The notes under the pieces: model-generated
What the model was told of the DNA's origin: nothing
The model's database searches: none
What the model saw: the letters and a program-made list of their open reading frames with translations, nothing else
Position numbers and translations under genes: made by a program
Shown here: piece after piece, positions 1 through 12,734 of the stretch
How positions within the stretch are numbered: position 1 is the first letter of the stretch
Layout of the letters: each line of letters opens with the position of its first letter
Source of the DNA: Mobula hypostoma
Lineage: Eukaryota
Length of the DNA: 64,000 nt
Direction of reading: 5' to 3'
Assembly (NCBI RefSeq): GCF_963921235.1
Contig: NC_086108.1
Location: 78,866,001-78,930,000, forward strand

Positions 1-299
1 AACCAAATAAAACTACTTGCATTTGTATTGTATCTGTAACATCCTAAAACGTCCTAAGGTGCTGGTTAGGACAACTACCAAACAAAATTTGATATCAAGC
101 AACGTAAGGAGATATTCAGACCGATGACCAAAAGCATTGTCAAAGAGGTAAGCTTAAAAGATGTGCCTTAAATTTATAGAGAAAGAGAGAAAGATGAAGG
201 CCATCATTCACTGATCGAGTGATCAGGAGGCAGGCAATGAGAGAAAAGAGAAAGGAAAAACAACAGATGGAGCAGTGTGGGAGAGGGGGTGTGAAGACA

Positions 300-830
300 G
301 GAGACAGTTGCTTGAAGGAGATAAGCAGATTCACTTGTGTTGTATTCTGATAATTAAAGGATGTGAGAAAGGAGAAAATAAATGGGCAAGGGTGAGAAGG
401 GGGACAAAAATGGGAGGATTGGAGGATCAAGAGAAGAATAGTGGGGGAGGGGGAGTACAAGAGAGTGTGAATGGGATGAGAAGTTACCTAAAATTGGAGA
501 ACTCAATATTTCACAAGCAGAATATAAAGTACTGCTTCACCAGTTTTATTTGGGCTTCAACTTGGGAGTAGAGACAGATCATCCTTTCAATTTGGGAATG
601 GAGAGGGGAAATGAAATGGCCTACAACTGGGCACTTGGAATGACCACTGCAGAATGAGTGTTGGTATCCTGCAAAGCAGTCATTGGTCACCAAGTCTACA
701 CCAAGAGGAGGCCTGATCAGGAGCAAAGTTGGAGAAGATGCTTTGAACCTTTATCTGACCTATAAGGGCTGTTTAGGTCCTTGGATGATTGTGAAGGAGA
801 AAAATACTGTAGTCACATTTACTGCGAGGG
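300..830 (-). mobile_element. Old degenerate Penelope-like element 3' region (GIY-YIG end and purine-rich pLTR)
   Basis: Weak reverse-complement similarity to the PLE at 3480-4100. Confidence 0.55.
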
Positions 831-949
831 AAGCTTCCTTAAATAGGATGCAGAAAGGTGGGTTTATTGTAAATCTCAGTGGATAGTTTGTATCCTGAGA
901 TGGAGTCAATGAGATCAAGAGTGAGAGAAGCATCAGAAATAGTCCAAGT

Positions 950-1742
950 GAATTTGACAGCAGACTGGAAGCTCTGCAGAACATATCAATTTCATCACCT
1001 TCACCACCAACTTTCCCACAGCTACTTAAATTAGACCTCTTTCCTTCCTTCCTGTTTCTTGCAAGGATACCATTCCTTTTCTCCCAGATTTTCCAACTCT
1101 GCTTTCTGCTCCAGGGCATCGTTATTTTCAGAGAGTATGGCTTTCCTTCTTTAGGTTGATGGAGCCCAATCGCGTATCTCCGTTTCTCATAACTGTGCTC
1201 TCACCCACCACCTCCCAGACAGAACAGAGAGAGTTCCCTTTGTCTTTACCTTTCATCTCATGAGCCTCTGCATCCAGCTCATCATCCTTCTTCATTTCCA
1301 CCAGATCAACATGACCTCACCAGCAAACCCATTTTCCACAGGGACCACTCTCTCCATGATTCCACGATCCACTCGTCTCATCCCTCCCTTAGTCCTGGCA
1401 CTTTCGCTTGTAACAGATATAACACCTGCCCTTACATCGCATCCCTCACAACCATTCAGGCACCTAAATAGTCCTCCCAGTGAGACAACGGTTTACAAGC
1501 ATCGCCTCCAACCCTACATACTGCATTTGGTGCTCCTGATGTGGTCTTCTCAACAACATCAAGACCAAGTGCAGCCTAGGCAACCTATTTGCAGAACACC
1601 TACAGATCTCAGTCCACAATGATCATCCCAAGCTCCCAGTTGCAGACCAGCTCAATTCCCCTTCCCATTTCCACACTGGCCTGCCCATCCTTGGCCTCCT
1701 CTACTGCCAGGATGAAGCCCACTGCAAACCGGAGAAGCAACT
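950..1742 (+). mobile_element. Old Penelope-like element (RT thumb, linker, GIY-YIG), interrupted at 1742 and resuming at ~4618-5140
   Basis: Degenerate match to 2850-3790. After the insert, 'ctccttatattccacctgagtagcctacaacct' continues the GIY-YIG end. Confidence 0.7.
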
Positions 1743-2521
1743 TAGAATCAGGTTTATCATCACCGGCATGTGACGTGGAATACGTTAACTTAACAGCAGC
1801 AGTTCAATGCAATACATAACATAGAAGGGAAAAAAACAAAAGATATTAATAAATAAACAAGTAAATCGATTACGTATATTGAATAGATTTTAAAAACTGC
1901 AAAAACAGAAATACTGTATTTTTTTTAAAAAGTGAGGTAGTGTTCAAAGAGTCAACGTCTATTTAGGAATCGGATGGCGGAGGAGAAGAAGCTGTTCCTG
2001 AATCACTGAGTGTGTGCCTTCAGGCTTCTGTACCTCCTACCTGATGGTGACAGTGAGAAAAGGGCATGCCCTGGGTGCTGGAGTTCCTTAATAATGGATG
2101 CTGCCTTTCTGAGACACCACTCCCCAAAGATGTCCTGGTTAATTTGTAGGCTAGTACCCAAGATGGAGCTGACCAGATTTACAACCTTCTGCGGCTTCTT
2201 TCGGTCCTATGTAGTAGCCGCTCCATATCAGACAGTGATGCTGCCCGTCAGAATGCTCTGCATGATACAACTATAGAAGTTTTTGAGTCTATTTGTTGTC
2301 ATGCCAAATCTCTTCAAACTCCTAATAAAGTATAGCCACTGTCTTGCCTTCTTTATGACTACATCAATATGTTGGGATCAAGTTAGATCCTTAGAGATCT
2401 TAACACGCAAGAACTTGAAGCTCCTCACTCTCATCACATCTGATCCCTCTATGAGAACTGGTATGTGTTCCTTCGTCTTACTCTTCCTGAAGTCAACAAT
2501 CAGCTCTTTCATCTTACTGAG
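1743..2521 (-). mobile_element. Rex1/Babar LINE 3' part; continues at 4244-4617
   Basis: 3' tail AATAAACCTGATTCT and homology to the RT C-terminus at 26800-27350. 4244-4617 encodes YKFAAD-TT and YVRMLFIDY on the minus strand. Confidence 0.85.
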
Positions 2522-4243
2522 AGTCCCTATCCATCCCCCACCAGGAAGGTCTCAAAGTTCTCCGCTTATTTTTGGATTCCAGACCTAACCAGTTCCCCTC
2601 TACCACCACTCTCCTCCATGTAGCGGAATTAATCCTTACCCTTAATAATTTCTCCTTTGACTCTGCCCACCTCCTCCAAACTAAAGGTGTAGCCATGGGC
2701 ACCTGTATGGGTCCCAGCTATGCCTGCCTTTTCGTTGGCTTAATCCATGTTCCAAGCCTATACTGGTATCGGTCTCCCACTTTTCCTTCGCTACATCGAC
2801 GACTGCATTGGCGCTGCTTCCTGCACACATGCTGAGCTTGTTGACTTCAGTAACTTTGCCTCCAACTTTCACCCTGCCCTCAAGTTTACCTGGTCCATTT
2901 CCGACACCTCCTTCCCCTTTCTTGATCTTTCTGTCTCTATTCCTGGATAAAGCTTATCTACTGATGTCTACTATAAGCCTACAGACTCTCACAGCTACCT
3001 GGACTATTCCTCTTCCCACCCTATCTCTTGCAAAAATGCCATCCCCTTCTCGCAATTCCTCCGTCTCTGTCACATCTGCTCTCAGGATGAGGCTTTTCAT
3101 TCCAGGACGAAGGAGATGTCTTCCTTTTTAAAGAAAGGGGCTTCTCTTCCTCCATCAACTCTGCTCTCACACGCATTTCTCCCATTTCACGCACATCTGC
3201 TCTCACCCCATCCTCCCACCACCCCACTAGGAATAGGGTTCCCCTTGTCCTCACCTACCACCCCACCAGCCTCCGGGTCTAACATATAATTCTCCGTAAC
3301 TTCTGCCACCTCCAACTGGATCCCACCACCAAGCACATCTTTCCCTCCCCCCCCTTCTGCTTTCCGCAGGGATCGCTCCCTATGCGACTCCCTTGTCCAT
3401 TTGTCCCCCCCATCCCTTCCCACCGATCTCCCTCCCGGCACTTATCCTCGTAAGCAGAACAAGTGCTACACATGCCCTTCCACTTCCTCCCTTACCACCA
3501 TTCAGGGCCCCAAACAGTCCTTCCAGGTGAGGCGACACTTCACTGTGAGTCGGCTGGTGTGATCTACTGCGTCCAGTGCTCCCAGTACAGCCTTCTACAT
3601 ATTGGCGAGACCCCACACAGGCTGGGAGACAGTTTCGCTGAACACCTACGCTCTGTCCGCCAGAGAAAGCAGGATCTCCCAGTGGCCACATATTTTAATT
3701 CCACGTCCCATTCCCATTCTGATATGTCAATACATGGCCTCCTCTACTGTCAAGATGAAGCCACAGTCAGGTTGGAGGAACGACACCTTATATTCCGTCT
3801 GGGTAGCCTCCAACCTGATGGCATGAATATTGACTTCTCTAATTTCCGTTAATACCCCTCCTCCCCTTCTCACCCCATCCCTTATTTATCTCTATCCATC
3901 TCTCTCTCCCCCCCCTTCTTTTTCTCCCTCTGTCCCTCTCACTATATCTTCCTCTGATGCTCCCCTCCCCCTTTCTTTCTCCCTAGGCCTCCTGTCCCAT
4001 GATCCTCTCCCTTCTCCAGCCTGGTATCCCTTTTGCCAATCAACTTTCCGGCTCTTAGCTCCATCCATCCCCCTGCTGTCTTCTCCTATCATTTCAGATC
4101 TCCCCCCCCCCCACTTTCAAATCTCTTACTAACTCTTCTTTCAGTTAGTCCTGACGAAGGGTCTCGGCCCGAAACGTCGACTGTACCTCTTCCTATAGAT
4201 GCTGCCTGGCCTGCTGCATTCACCAGCATTTTGTGTGTGTTGC
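2522..4243 (+). mobile_element. 5'-truncated Neptune-type Penelope-like retroelement (RT, Cys linker, GIY-YIG, pLTR), frameshifted
   Basis: QTKGVAMGTCMGPSYACLF, FLRYIDD, FLD, DYSSSHP, KCYTC linker, VIYCVQC...IGET...HFN...GSLQPDGMN, then a pyrimidine-rich pLTR with a hammerhead. Confidence 0.92.
4147..4182 (+). ncRNA. Minimal type I hammerhead ribozyme in PLE pLTR
   Basis: AGTC-CTGACGA-AGGGTCTCGGCCC-GAAA-CGTC^GACT: stem I AGTC/GACT, conserved CUGANGA and GAAA core, GUC cleavage triplet, and palindromic ACGT replacing stem III. Confidence 0.85.
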
Positions 4244-4675
4244 CTGAGTGCCAGGTTGTTGCTGTGGCACCACTCCACTAGTTGGCATATCTCACTCCTG
4301 TACACCCTCCCGTCACCACCTGAGATTCTACCAACAGTGGTTGTATCGGCAGCAAATTTATAGATGGTATTTGAGCTATGCCTAGCCACATAATCATGTG
4401 TATATAGAGAGGTGCACCAGTGTTGATCATCAGCGAGGAGGAGGATATGTTATCATCAGTCCGCACAGATTGTGGTCTTCTGGTTAGGAAGTCGAGGATC
4501 CAATTTCAGAGGGAGGTGCAGAGGCCCAGGTTCTGCAACCTCTCAATCAGGATTGTGGGAATGATGGTATTAAATGCTGAGGTATAGTCGATGAACAGCA
4601 TCCTGACATAGGTGTTTGTTCTCCTTATATTCCACCTGAGTAGCCTACAACCTAATTGCATGAATACTAGCAACA

Positions 4676-4676
4676 A

Positions 4677-4715
<39 letters not shown>

Positions 4716-4716
4716 T
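4676..4716. repeat. (CA)n microsatellite expanded from a pLTR end
   Basis: Direct inspection. Confidence 0.9.
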
Positions 4717-7700
4717 AAAGTGCTAGAGGAACTTAGCAGATAAGGCAGCACCTAGGAGAGGAATAAACTGCCGACATTTCAGGCTAAGATCCAATATTGA
4801 GTTTTTTTTTAAAGACTTTGAGTAACCCACCCCTCTCTTCCCTCACCTCTTCTCCGTCTGACCCTCCAGACCTTCCATGTTGGTCCCACTCCAGCCACAC
4901 TCAGCTCCCCTACTTGGCACCACCTGCCTGTCATTTTCCACCCCTCCTGAGTCCACCAATAGCCTCAGTCATTTCTTACCACTCCCCTTCTCACCTCTCC
5001 ACTCTCAAGTCCTGATGGAGTGCTTCTGCCTGAAACCGCCAATTTCTGTCCTCCTACTCATACAGTTAAACTGCTGAGTTTTAACAGCAAATTGTGCGTA
5101 GCTCCAGATTCCAGCATCAGCAGTCTCTGATGTCTCCACTTCATTATTATGTTTTTGCTTTTATTTGGCATAATTCAAAATATCTATGTGCATCAATCTC
5201 CCAATTGCCATCAAAATCTATAGACATTGCTCTGACCTTCCCAGTTTAATAATTTTTCCAATGAAGAAAGGCTTTTGTCTTTCCTATCAGCTCAGTTATC
5301 CAATGTGATAAACCCTTTAGCACTTGCCTCCCTGAAACCATTCCACCACTTCCAGGCTATCTTTGCAAAACTCGAACAGCAACTGGCAAAGATGATCTCA
5401 CTGAATCACCACAAGAACCTTCATACAATTGAAGAATGAGCATATAGGTAAGCCTAATATACAAACAGTAAGCCTAAAATCCACTTATTGGGAGTCACAT
5501 TGCTCAAATTTCTTTCACCCTGCCTTCACATTTGCTACAAAATACATGGTACTGTGGAAAGGAACCATCCATTGCCTGTATGGGCAGCTGAATCTTCAAA
5601 GCAGCCTTAAATGTGATTGAGACATCACATGGCAGAAATGGCTAAAATTTGCTGTGGGAAAACTCGCTGCAAATCATATTTCAATCAGAAATTAGATTTC
5701 AAGTGCTGCTGCCAGCCATCAATATTAATGCTAGCAGTTAGGCTCTAAAAATAAATGTGCTGTCAAGATAAATTAATCATGTCTGCTGAAGACATAAAAG
5801 GCTGGATTTTCCACCTTGTACAGCTGCCAAGAAAGGTGTGGTCAATAGGACTCCTGTGGCACCCTGGCACTCACAAACAACATGTCTTTTTTTCAGGGTC
5901 TATTCAAACATAATATTCATGTTGAGCTCTCAAAATGCCTCAAATTTTCATACAAAACAGCCAATAACTGCAGGACTTAAAAAGCCAACAGCAGACTGAA
6001 CAGCCCTATGACATCAAACACTGCTTTATCCACAGCTACCTTTCTAAGTCATATCTTAGGGCATAAAACTTTCCATTTTAAGGATACCATATTATAGTGC
6101 AAGTCGATTTTAAGCTTTTAATAAAAAATGATCAGCAACTAACCAAAGGGTAGGATCCCTCAGAGAGCTGGAGATGAGTGAAAGTTGGTCAGGTCACCCA
6201 GTATGTATTAAGCAATTTAAGAGACATGAGACATTCCCAAGCCACTAACAATTAATAATTTTCTTGTGTCAGGAAAGGGAAAAGAAACACATCTATCCCA
6301 ACAAAGAGTGCCATTAACCAGCACTGCTTTGTTATTCTCTCGAAGCATTCCAAGTCCAGTAAAGAAAAGTTCAATGGAGAATTTAGTATGTTTACCTAAA
6401 AGTTTTCATCATTTACATCCCAGCATCCATTCACTTTATAAAGACAACCGTTTGTTTCATCCACCTGTCAGGACACCCATTGGTTTAGGTATCCAAGTTA
6501 ACTGATAAACACTATTCCTTCAATTTTCCAAAAAAAAAGCAATGTTTTGTGCTTTTAATTAGAAAACACAGCAAAGAACAAAGTGAAGCCAAAGGCTAAA
6601 ATAAAAACCTACCAAATCTTTATCGGTCTTTTAGCTGTCACTTTAAATTAATCTAAATTCAGATAGAGTATCTGACATTATATCTACAAAGAAGATGTGT
6701 AAATTAACCTAAACTCAGGCTATCTGGCAAAGTCTTATATAAATTATTTGTTTTCCTAACATCATAGGTTTTAGATGTACACCACCACCTTAACTTCATT
6801 CCATTCTGTTTGTTTGTAATAAAACATCTGACAGACAAAATTGCATGAATAAAAATTAGTAGCAGGATCGTAAGCAAATGACCTGTATTCAATTTCATAT
6901 ACTTTAACATCTCAGGGTTCAATTAAAAGTGCTGGAGTGGAACCTGCCCTTTTGCTTGTCAAATTTTGCAAATTTTTGTCAAAGAATATTTACTAACTCT
7001 CATCTGTAGCCCTGAACACCATTCCTTGCTTAACAAAGCCCCCTCTTTCCACCTTTAAAGGGATTAAAGCTTGTTCTTTGATCTTCATTTTTAAGGAAGC
7101 CAAATGCAATTTTTCCTTGCTCTGTTGAAATATTAGGTCAGTGTCCTCTGAAAATTCATGTGGTGATATTTGCAAATCTATTTTAGCTCTACCAAGTTGA
7201 GACAAAGGAAACTATTCTCGGAGCAATAAATCATACTGTTGCCAAGCCTCGAACACCATTACTTTTAAGTCCAAAAGGCAGTGGAGTGAAAAATGGTGTT
7301 AATCCAGTCAAATCTCAAAAGCAATTGATTTTAACAGGGACAGAGCCATAATAAGGAACCTTTTCATGAGGAAAACAGTGTGATAGCACACAAGCCCTAG
7401 GAAAATGCGAAGTGGCACATATCACTCACTGAATAACATACTCTTCTTCACTATTCAACAACTCCTGTACCATTAATAAACTGCTGCTGCACAAAGTCTG
7501 GCTCACAATAGTTCAATTACATGTTAATGACTGTAAGACCAATAAAATCATATGAAATCAACACACTCAAGTATTATGATTTTATCATGGCTACAAAAAG
7601 AATCATAATTCTTTCCGTGAAATATTATTGGCATTACGTTTGTTTTGGCTCGACAGATGCTGCCAGCTTTGAGGTAGTTCCAGCATTTTCTGTTTTACTT

Positions 7701-7929
7701 CATTTCCACATCAAGGAGGAAACAACACAGTGAAGCAGCATTTTTATAGTTTCAGAACTATTATAGCTTCCACTTTGTGACTTGCATTTATAGAAGTTAC
7801 ACAAGCAAACACATCTATAGTGTCACAACAATCTACAACACCTTCAGTTCAATGTCATTATTATTTCAAAGCTTTCAGATAGGCTGATTATGCAAACAGC
7901 ATGCCCTAAGCCTTTTCTCATCTGACATT

Positions 7930-9690
7930 CTGCCAATGGCACTGACATCTACTGTGATGAAGTGACTTGAGAGGTTGGTCATGGCTAGAATCAACTCCTG
8001 CCTGAGCAAAGACCTGGACCCACTGCAATTTGCGTATCACCAAAATAGGTCTACAGTGGATGCAATCTCACTGGGTCTCCAGTCAGCCTTCCATCACCTG
8101 GACAATAGTAATACATATGTCAGGGTGCTGCTTATAAATTACTGCTCATTGTTCAACACTCCCATACCCTCAGTTCTAATCAACAAGCTCCAAAACCTGG
8201 GCCTCTGTACCACCCTCGGCCACTGGATTTCTGACTTCCTCACCAGCCTGTGTGGATCAGAAATAACATCTCCTCCTTGTTGACAATCAACAGTGCACCC
8301 AAGGTTGCAAGCTTAGCCCACTGCTCTACTCTCTCTACACCCGTGATTGTGTGGCGAGGGACTAATCAAATGCCATCTATAAATTTACCGATCACACAGC
8401 AATTAATGGCAGAATTTCAAATGGTGACCAGAAGGCATACAGGACCCAGGCAGATCCACTAGTTCAATGGTGTTATGACAATGACCTTTCCCTCACCTGC
8501 AACTGGATGACAGACTTGAGTGGAGCACCAACACAAAGGCTGTGTACAAGAGACGCCTCTACTTGCTGAGGAGACTGAGGTCCGTTGGAGTATGCAGGCC
8601 TCTCCTTCACATGTTCTATCAGTCTGTTGTTGCCAGTACAATCTTTTATGTGGTGGTGTTTTGGGGTAATGGCATCAACACAGGGGATGGCAACAGGCTC
8701 AATTAACTGATTAGAAAGTCTGGCTCTATTATAGGAGTCAAACTGGACGCACTGGAGGCTGTGGTAGAACAAAGAACCCTATGGAAAATCCTGGCAATTC
8801 TGGACAATGTTTCTCACCCTCTGCAAAACAACTTGGCTGAACAGAGGAGCACTTTTAGTAACAGACTAAGACAAATGCACTGCTCCAAAGAGTGCTGTAT
8901 AAGGTCATTCTTACCCTCAGCAATTAGGCTCTATAATGAGTCAACTTATAGCCGAGGGAGTGATGACCTCTTCCTGTTTGGCTGCTTGAGGTAACTTATT
9001 TTTTATTCTTTCTTACTTCTCTTCTACTATTTGTATATCTGTGCACTTGTAATGCTACTGTGACACTGTAGTTTCTTTTGGGATCAATAAAGTATCTAAC
9101 TATCAGCATCAGTAAGACCAAGGAAGTGATTGTAGACTTCAAGAAGAGGAAGTTGAGGGAGCACACATCAATCCTCTTCAAGGGATCAGCAAAGGAAAGG
9201 GTGAGCAGTTTCAAGTTCCCGGGTATCAATATCTCTGAAGGTCTATCCTGGGCTAGCGTATTGACCCAATTACAGAGAAGGCATGACAAAAGCTATATTT
9301 CATTAGGAGTTTCAAGAAATTTAGCCTGTCACCAAAGACACTTGTAAAGTTCTACAGATGTGCCACAGAAGCATTCTAACTCGTTGCATCACCGACTAGT
9401 ACAACAGATAGAAAAAAAACTGCAGGAAGTGATAAGCTCAGCCAGCTTCGTCATGGCAACTAGCCTCCCCCGCATCCATGTCACCTTCAAATGGCAATGA
9501 CCCAAGAAGCTGGCATCATTATTAAAGACCCCCACCACTCAGGACACGCCATCTTCTAATTGCCACTATCAAGGAGGTGGTACAGGAGCCTGAAGACACA
9601 CATTCAATGATTCAGGAATAGCTTCTTCCCCTGAACCATCAGATTTCTTAATGGACAATGAACCCATGAACACTACCTCATTATTTTTAC
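7930..9690 (+). mobile_element. Rex1/Babar LINE fragment with a second Rex-like 3' fragment nested at ~8490-9095
   Basis: DPLQFAY, YVRVLLINY and KEVIVDF motifs. The nested part ends GGGATCAATAAAGTATCTA and resembles 57200-57570. Confidence 0.8.
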
Positions 9691-9759
9691 AGTACATATA
9701 GATAATGTAAAGAGGACTTTACTTTGACATAAGACCACAAGATATAGGAGCAGAATTAG

Positions 9760-10012
9760 AGGTGGCAGAGTGGCAAAGTGGTTAGCATGATGTTACTACA
9801 CCACCAGCAACCTGGGTTCAATTTCACCGCTGTTATTAAGGAGTTTGTACGCTCTCCCCATGACTGAGTGGGTTTCCTCCAGGTACTCCAGTTTTGCCCC
9901 ACATTCTAAAGGAACATGGGTAAGTAAGTTAACTGGTCATATGGATGTAACTGGGCATCGCAGGCTCATTGGGTCAGAAGAGCCTGTTACCATTCTGTAT
10001 CTCTAAATAAAA
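9760..10012 (+). mobile_element. tRNA-derived SINE with V-domain-like core
   Basis: Box A/B-like head (GGTTCAATT) followed by GGAGTTTGTACGCTCTCCCC...GGGTTTCCTCC core. Related copies at 13790-14050(-), 33290-33545(-) and 37295-37600(+). Confidence 0.75.
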
Positions 10013-10014
10013 TA

Positions 10015-10385
10015 GATCAAGCCATTTGGCCCACCGAGACTACTTCACCATTCAATGATGACTGATCTTTTTCAGTCATCCTTCTACCTTCTCCCTGTAA
10101 CCTTTAACCCCCTCCCAATCAAGAACCTAACACGTCTTTATTCTGAGACCGTTCTCTCAGCTCCTATATTCTCCTACTAATGGAAATATCCTCTCCACTT
10201 CTATCTCTATCCAGGTCTTTCCATATTCAGTAGATTTCAATGAGAATTCACACCTGCCCCCATCCCCCTGAAGGTCCAGAGAAATCAAATGTCCCTTTGT
10301 TAAGCTTTTCAGTCCTGGGGTCATTCTTGTGAAGATTCTCTGGACATTCGCCAGGGTCAGCACGTCATTCCTTAGGTACTGAACC
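10015..10385 (-). mobile_element. CR1-type LINE 3' fragment
   Basis: Minus-strand LANVQRIFTRMTPGLK resembles the CR1 ORF2 C-terminus. Confidence 0.6.
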
Positions 10386-11234
10386 CAAACTGCCTTCCCC
10401 TTTAATATTCCACTTCCATGGAACTACCTCTTTCAATGCTTTGTTGGGCAACTACTTGCGGTGCTCATCTACGCTTTGCCCTATCTATCCTTCACCCTCA
10501 CTCTCAGCAATTTAAAACTAACTGGTTTTCTCTGTCGTAGTTCTGACAAGGGGTCATTAAACTGAAGCATTGTTTTTCTTTCCACTGATGCTGTCTGGCC
10601 CAATGAATGTTTCCAATATTTTCTACTTTCACTTCAAGATTTCCAAATGCAGGGTTTTTTTTTCAAATTTTCATTATATTTAATAGACTATAAAAGGCAA
10701 TGATATTTTGTTTTTAATTATCTTGTTGGATTGAAATCTGATTCCATTCCAAAACCATGAAATCTATAGCAAGGGTATCCCAATGGTGGTAACATAAGAA
10801 GATTATCTAACCTCACCTTTAACATAGAATAATCCAGTGTACATTTGGATGCCTAGTTAAAAGTCTCTATATAGCTTCATCCCTTTGAAATAATGCATTA
10901 CTTCTTGCACATTACACAAAGAGTATGTGGACAGACAAGTGAAATATATTCTAAACCCAATTTAATCCATGCTTCCAGAAGTTCAGCTAGAATGATGCAG
11001 CCATTCCTACAAAGAAGGAGAAAATTAATAAAACAGAAATGGAAACTTGGCCTCTTCCACAGCCTCCTCAAGGCACTGCAGCATAAAGGTACCAATCAAT
11101 AAATTATCAATTATCAACATTATTCACGCTCCCAATTCAAACAGCTTGGCAATGAGAATCACCATGCATTTTTCCAGATCAACACACAAAGCAATTTTTT
11201 TTTAAAAAGAGAGAAGCTGAATTCAGCATCCTAC

Positions 11235-11547
11235 CTAACCCCTGTGGAACATCAGGGCACAACGGTAAAGGCTTCTTTGTGACTGTGAGATTACTTTCCA
11301 ACTTCCTGCTTGACACAAAATGATCTTCGCCCCCCATGATGGTTAGTGAGGTCCCATTGGGCTTTGAGATATTAAAGGACTGATGTATCTTCGAAAAATT
11401 CCTACTGTTAAAACGGCTGAATATGTCGAACCTTTGAGTGTAGACATCCAAGTAGAAGATCGTCATTATAAGAAAGTGCACTACACACAGCAAGAGTACT
11501 GCTTTGCATATTCTTTCCAAAGTCTTCCCTAACATCAGTCTGGTCAT
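11235..11547 (-). CDS. B4GALT2: First coding exon of beta-1,4-galactosyltransferase 2 (cytoplasmic tail, TM anchor, stem)
   Basis: MTRLMLGKTLERICKAVLLLCVVHFLIMTIFYLDVY...PLCPDVPQGL matches the vertebrate B4GALT2 N-terminus (MSRLLGGTLERVCKAVLLLC...PPCPDSPPGL). It ends at a phase-1 donor TTAG|GTAGG (GT at 11234-11233). Downstream catalytic exons were not found in the window. Confidence 0.93.
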
Positions 11548-11640
11548 TTTCTGTACACAGCAGGTAAGTGGAGCAGTACATCAGCTTGTCTTCCAAGGAT
11601 CCTGACACATTCCAAGTACTACCTGTGAAATGAAAACAGT
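11548..11640 (-). other. B4GALT2: 5'UTR part of the B4GALT2 coding exon and its splice acceptor
   Basis: Minus strand TGTTTTCATTTCACAG|GTAG places the exon start at 11622. A second candidate acceptor, TGTGTACAG|AAAATG, lies just before the ATG. Confidence 0.6.
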
Positions 11641-12734
11641 GTACTCATTAAACTTTTCAAATACATTGAACAGGAGCAATAAGGGGGAGGAAAAAGTCAG
11701 CATCATCACTGGACTGTATTACAATATGCAAAAGTTAAAAGCAGCTTGTCTTTTGGCAGAGAGGGAAATGTATTTTAAGTATGTTGTAATTTTAAAGGTT
11801 GCCATCACAGATAGTCTAATATCACCAAATGCCTTTACTTAACACCCTATAATCCACATTACTTCTCTCAAATAAGAAAAGCAGACCCAACTATTGTGTC
11901 ATCACGTCCCCTCAAAGGTCAATTTGAGGGAAGATTGGGAAGGAAAATTGTAAATTGCCTTTGAAGGTTGAATGCAAAACACTTCATTCTTGACAGAGCA
12001 GTCTGTGGTTTTGAGGCCTGGGCATAACAGAACGTAATGGTATCAAAGCAGAATTATAGTAACTTTTTAAATTGTACAAAAGGAGAATACAGATTACCCA
12101 ATTATGTTGATAACAATGATTCAATCTCTTAACAAAATCATTCCATTACTACAGTGTGCTAAAAAAAAACAAAAGAGCAAAAACTCAGGAAAGAAAAGCC
12201 CAAAGGAAACTTGCAATCATATACCTTTCAAATCCTCAAAGCATAGAATGTATTACCACTGTAATTCACCACCAGAATAAAACTGGATAATTCTACTTCT
12301 CATCCAATTAATCATCTACATCAAACTATAAACAACAGGGACTAATTCGACGCACCTAATATTTTGCTATGTATTATCTCTTCCAATCACTGCACTTTAC
12401 TATAAATCATTACCTAAAGCTGGAGAAGTTGCTCCCTACTTGCTGTAGATCACAGAATTTTAGTAAATAAGCTTTGTAAAGAGAATTTGCTTAGTCTGAC
12501 AAGTAAACAGACTAAGTTTGCTGCAAATCCTTTCATTAATCTTGTTCAAACTCCAACTCATTGGCCAATTAAATGTTTTCAATACACATTGTCAGGGCAT
12601 TCCAAACTCCTTTACAACAATCAACTGCTTATCAAGTGGATCACAGAATCACCAACTTATGCACAGCAAAACCCCACGGTACATTTTGTGCCATTACGCT
12701 GATGTCACAACCAAGAATGCTCACTAACACCTTT

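Noticed and set aside
1..11234. Further B4GALT2 exons (GRLLIEF..., IIPFR..., DVD)
   Set aside because: No matching translation was seen; they probably lie left of the window.
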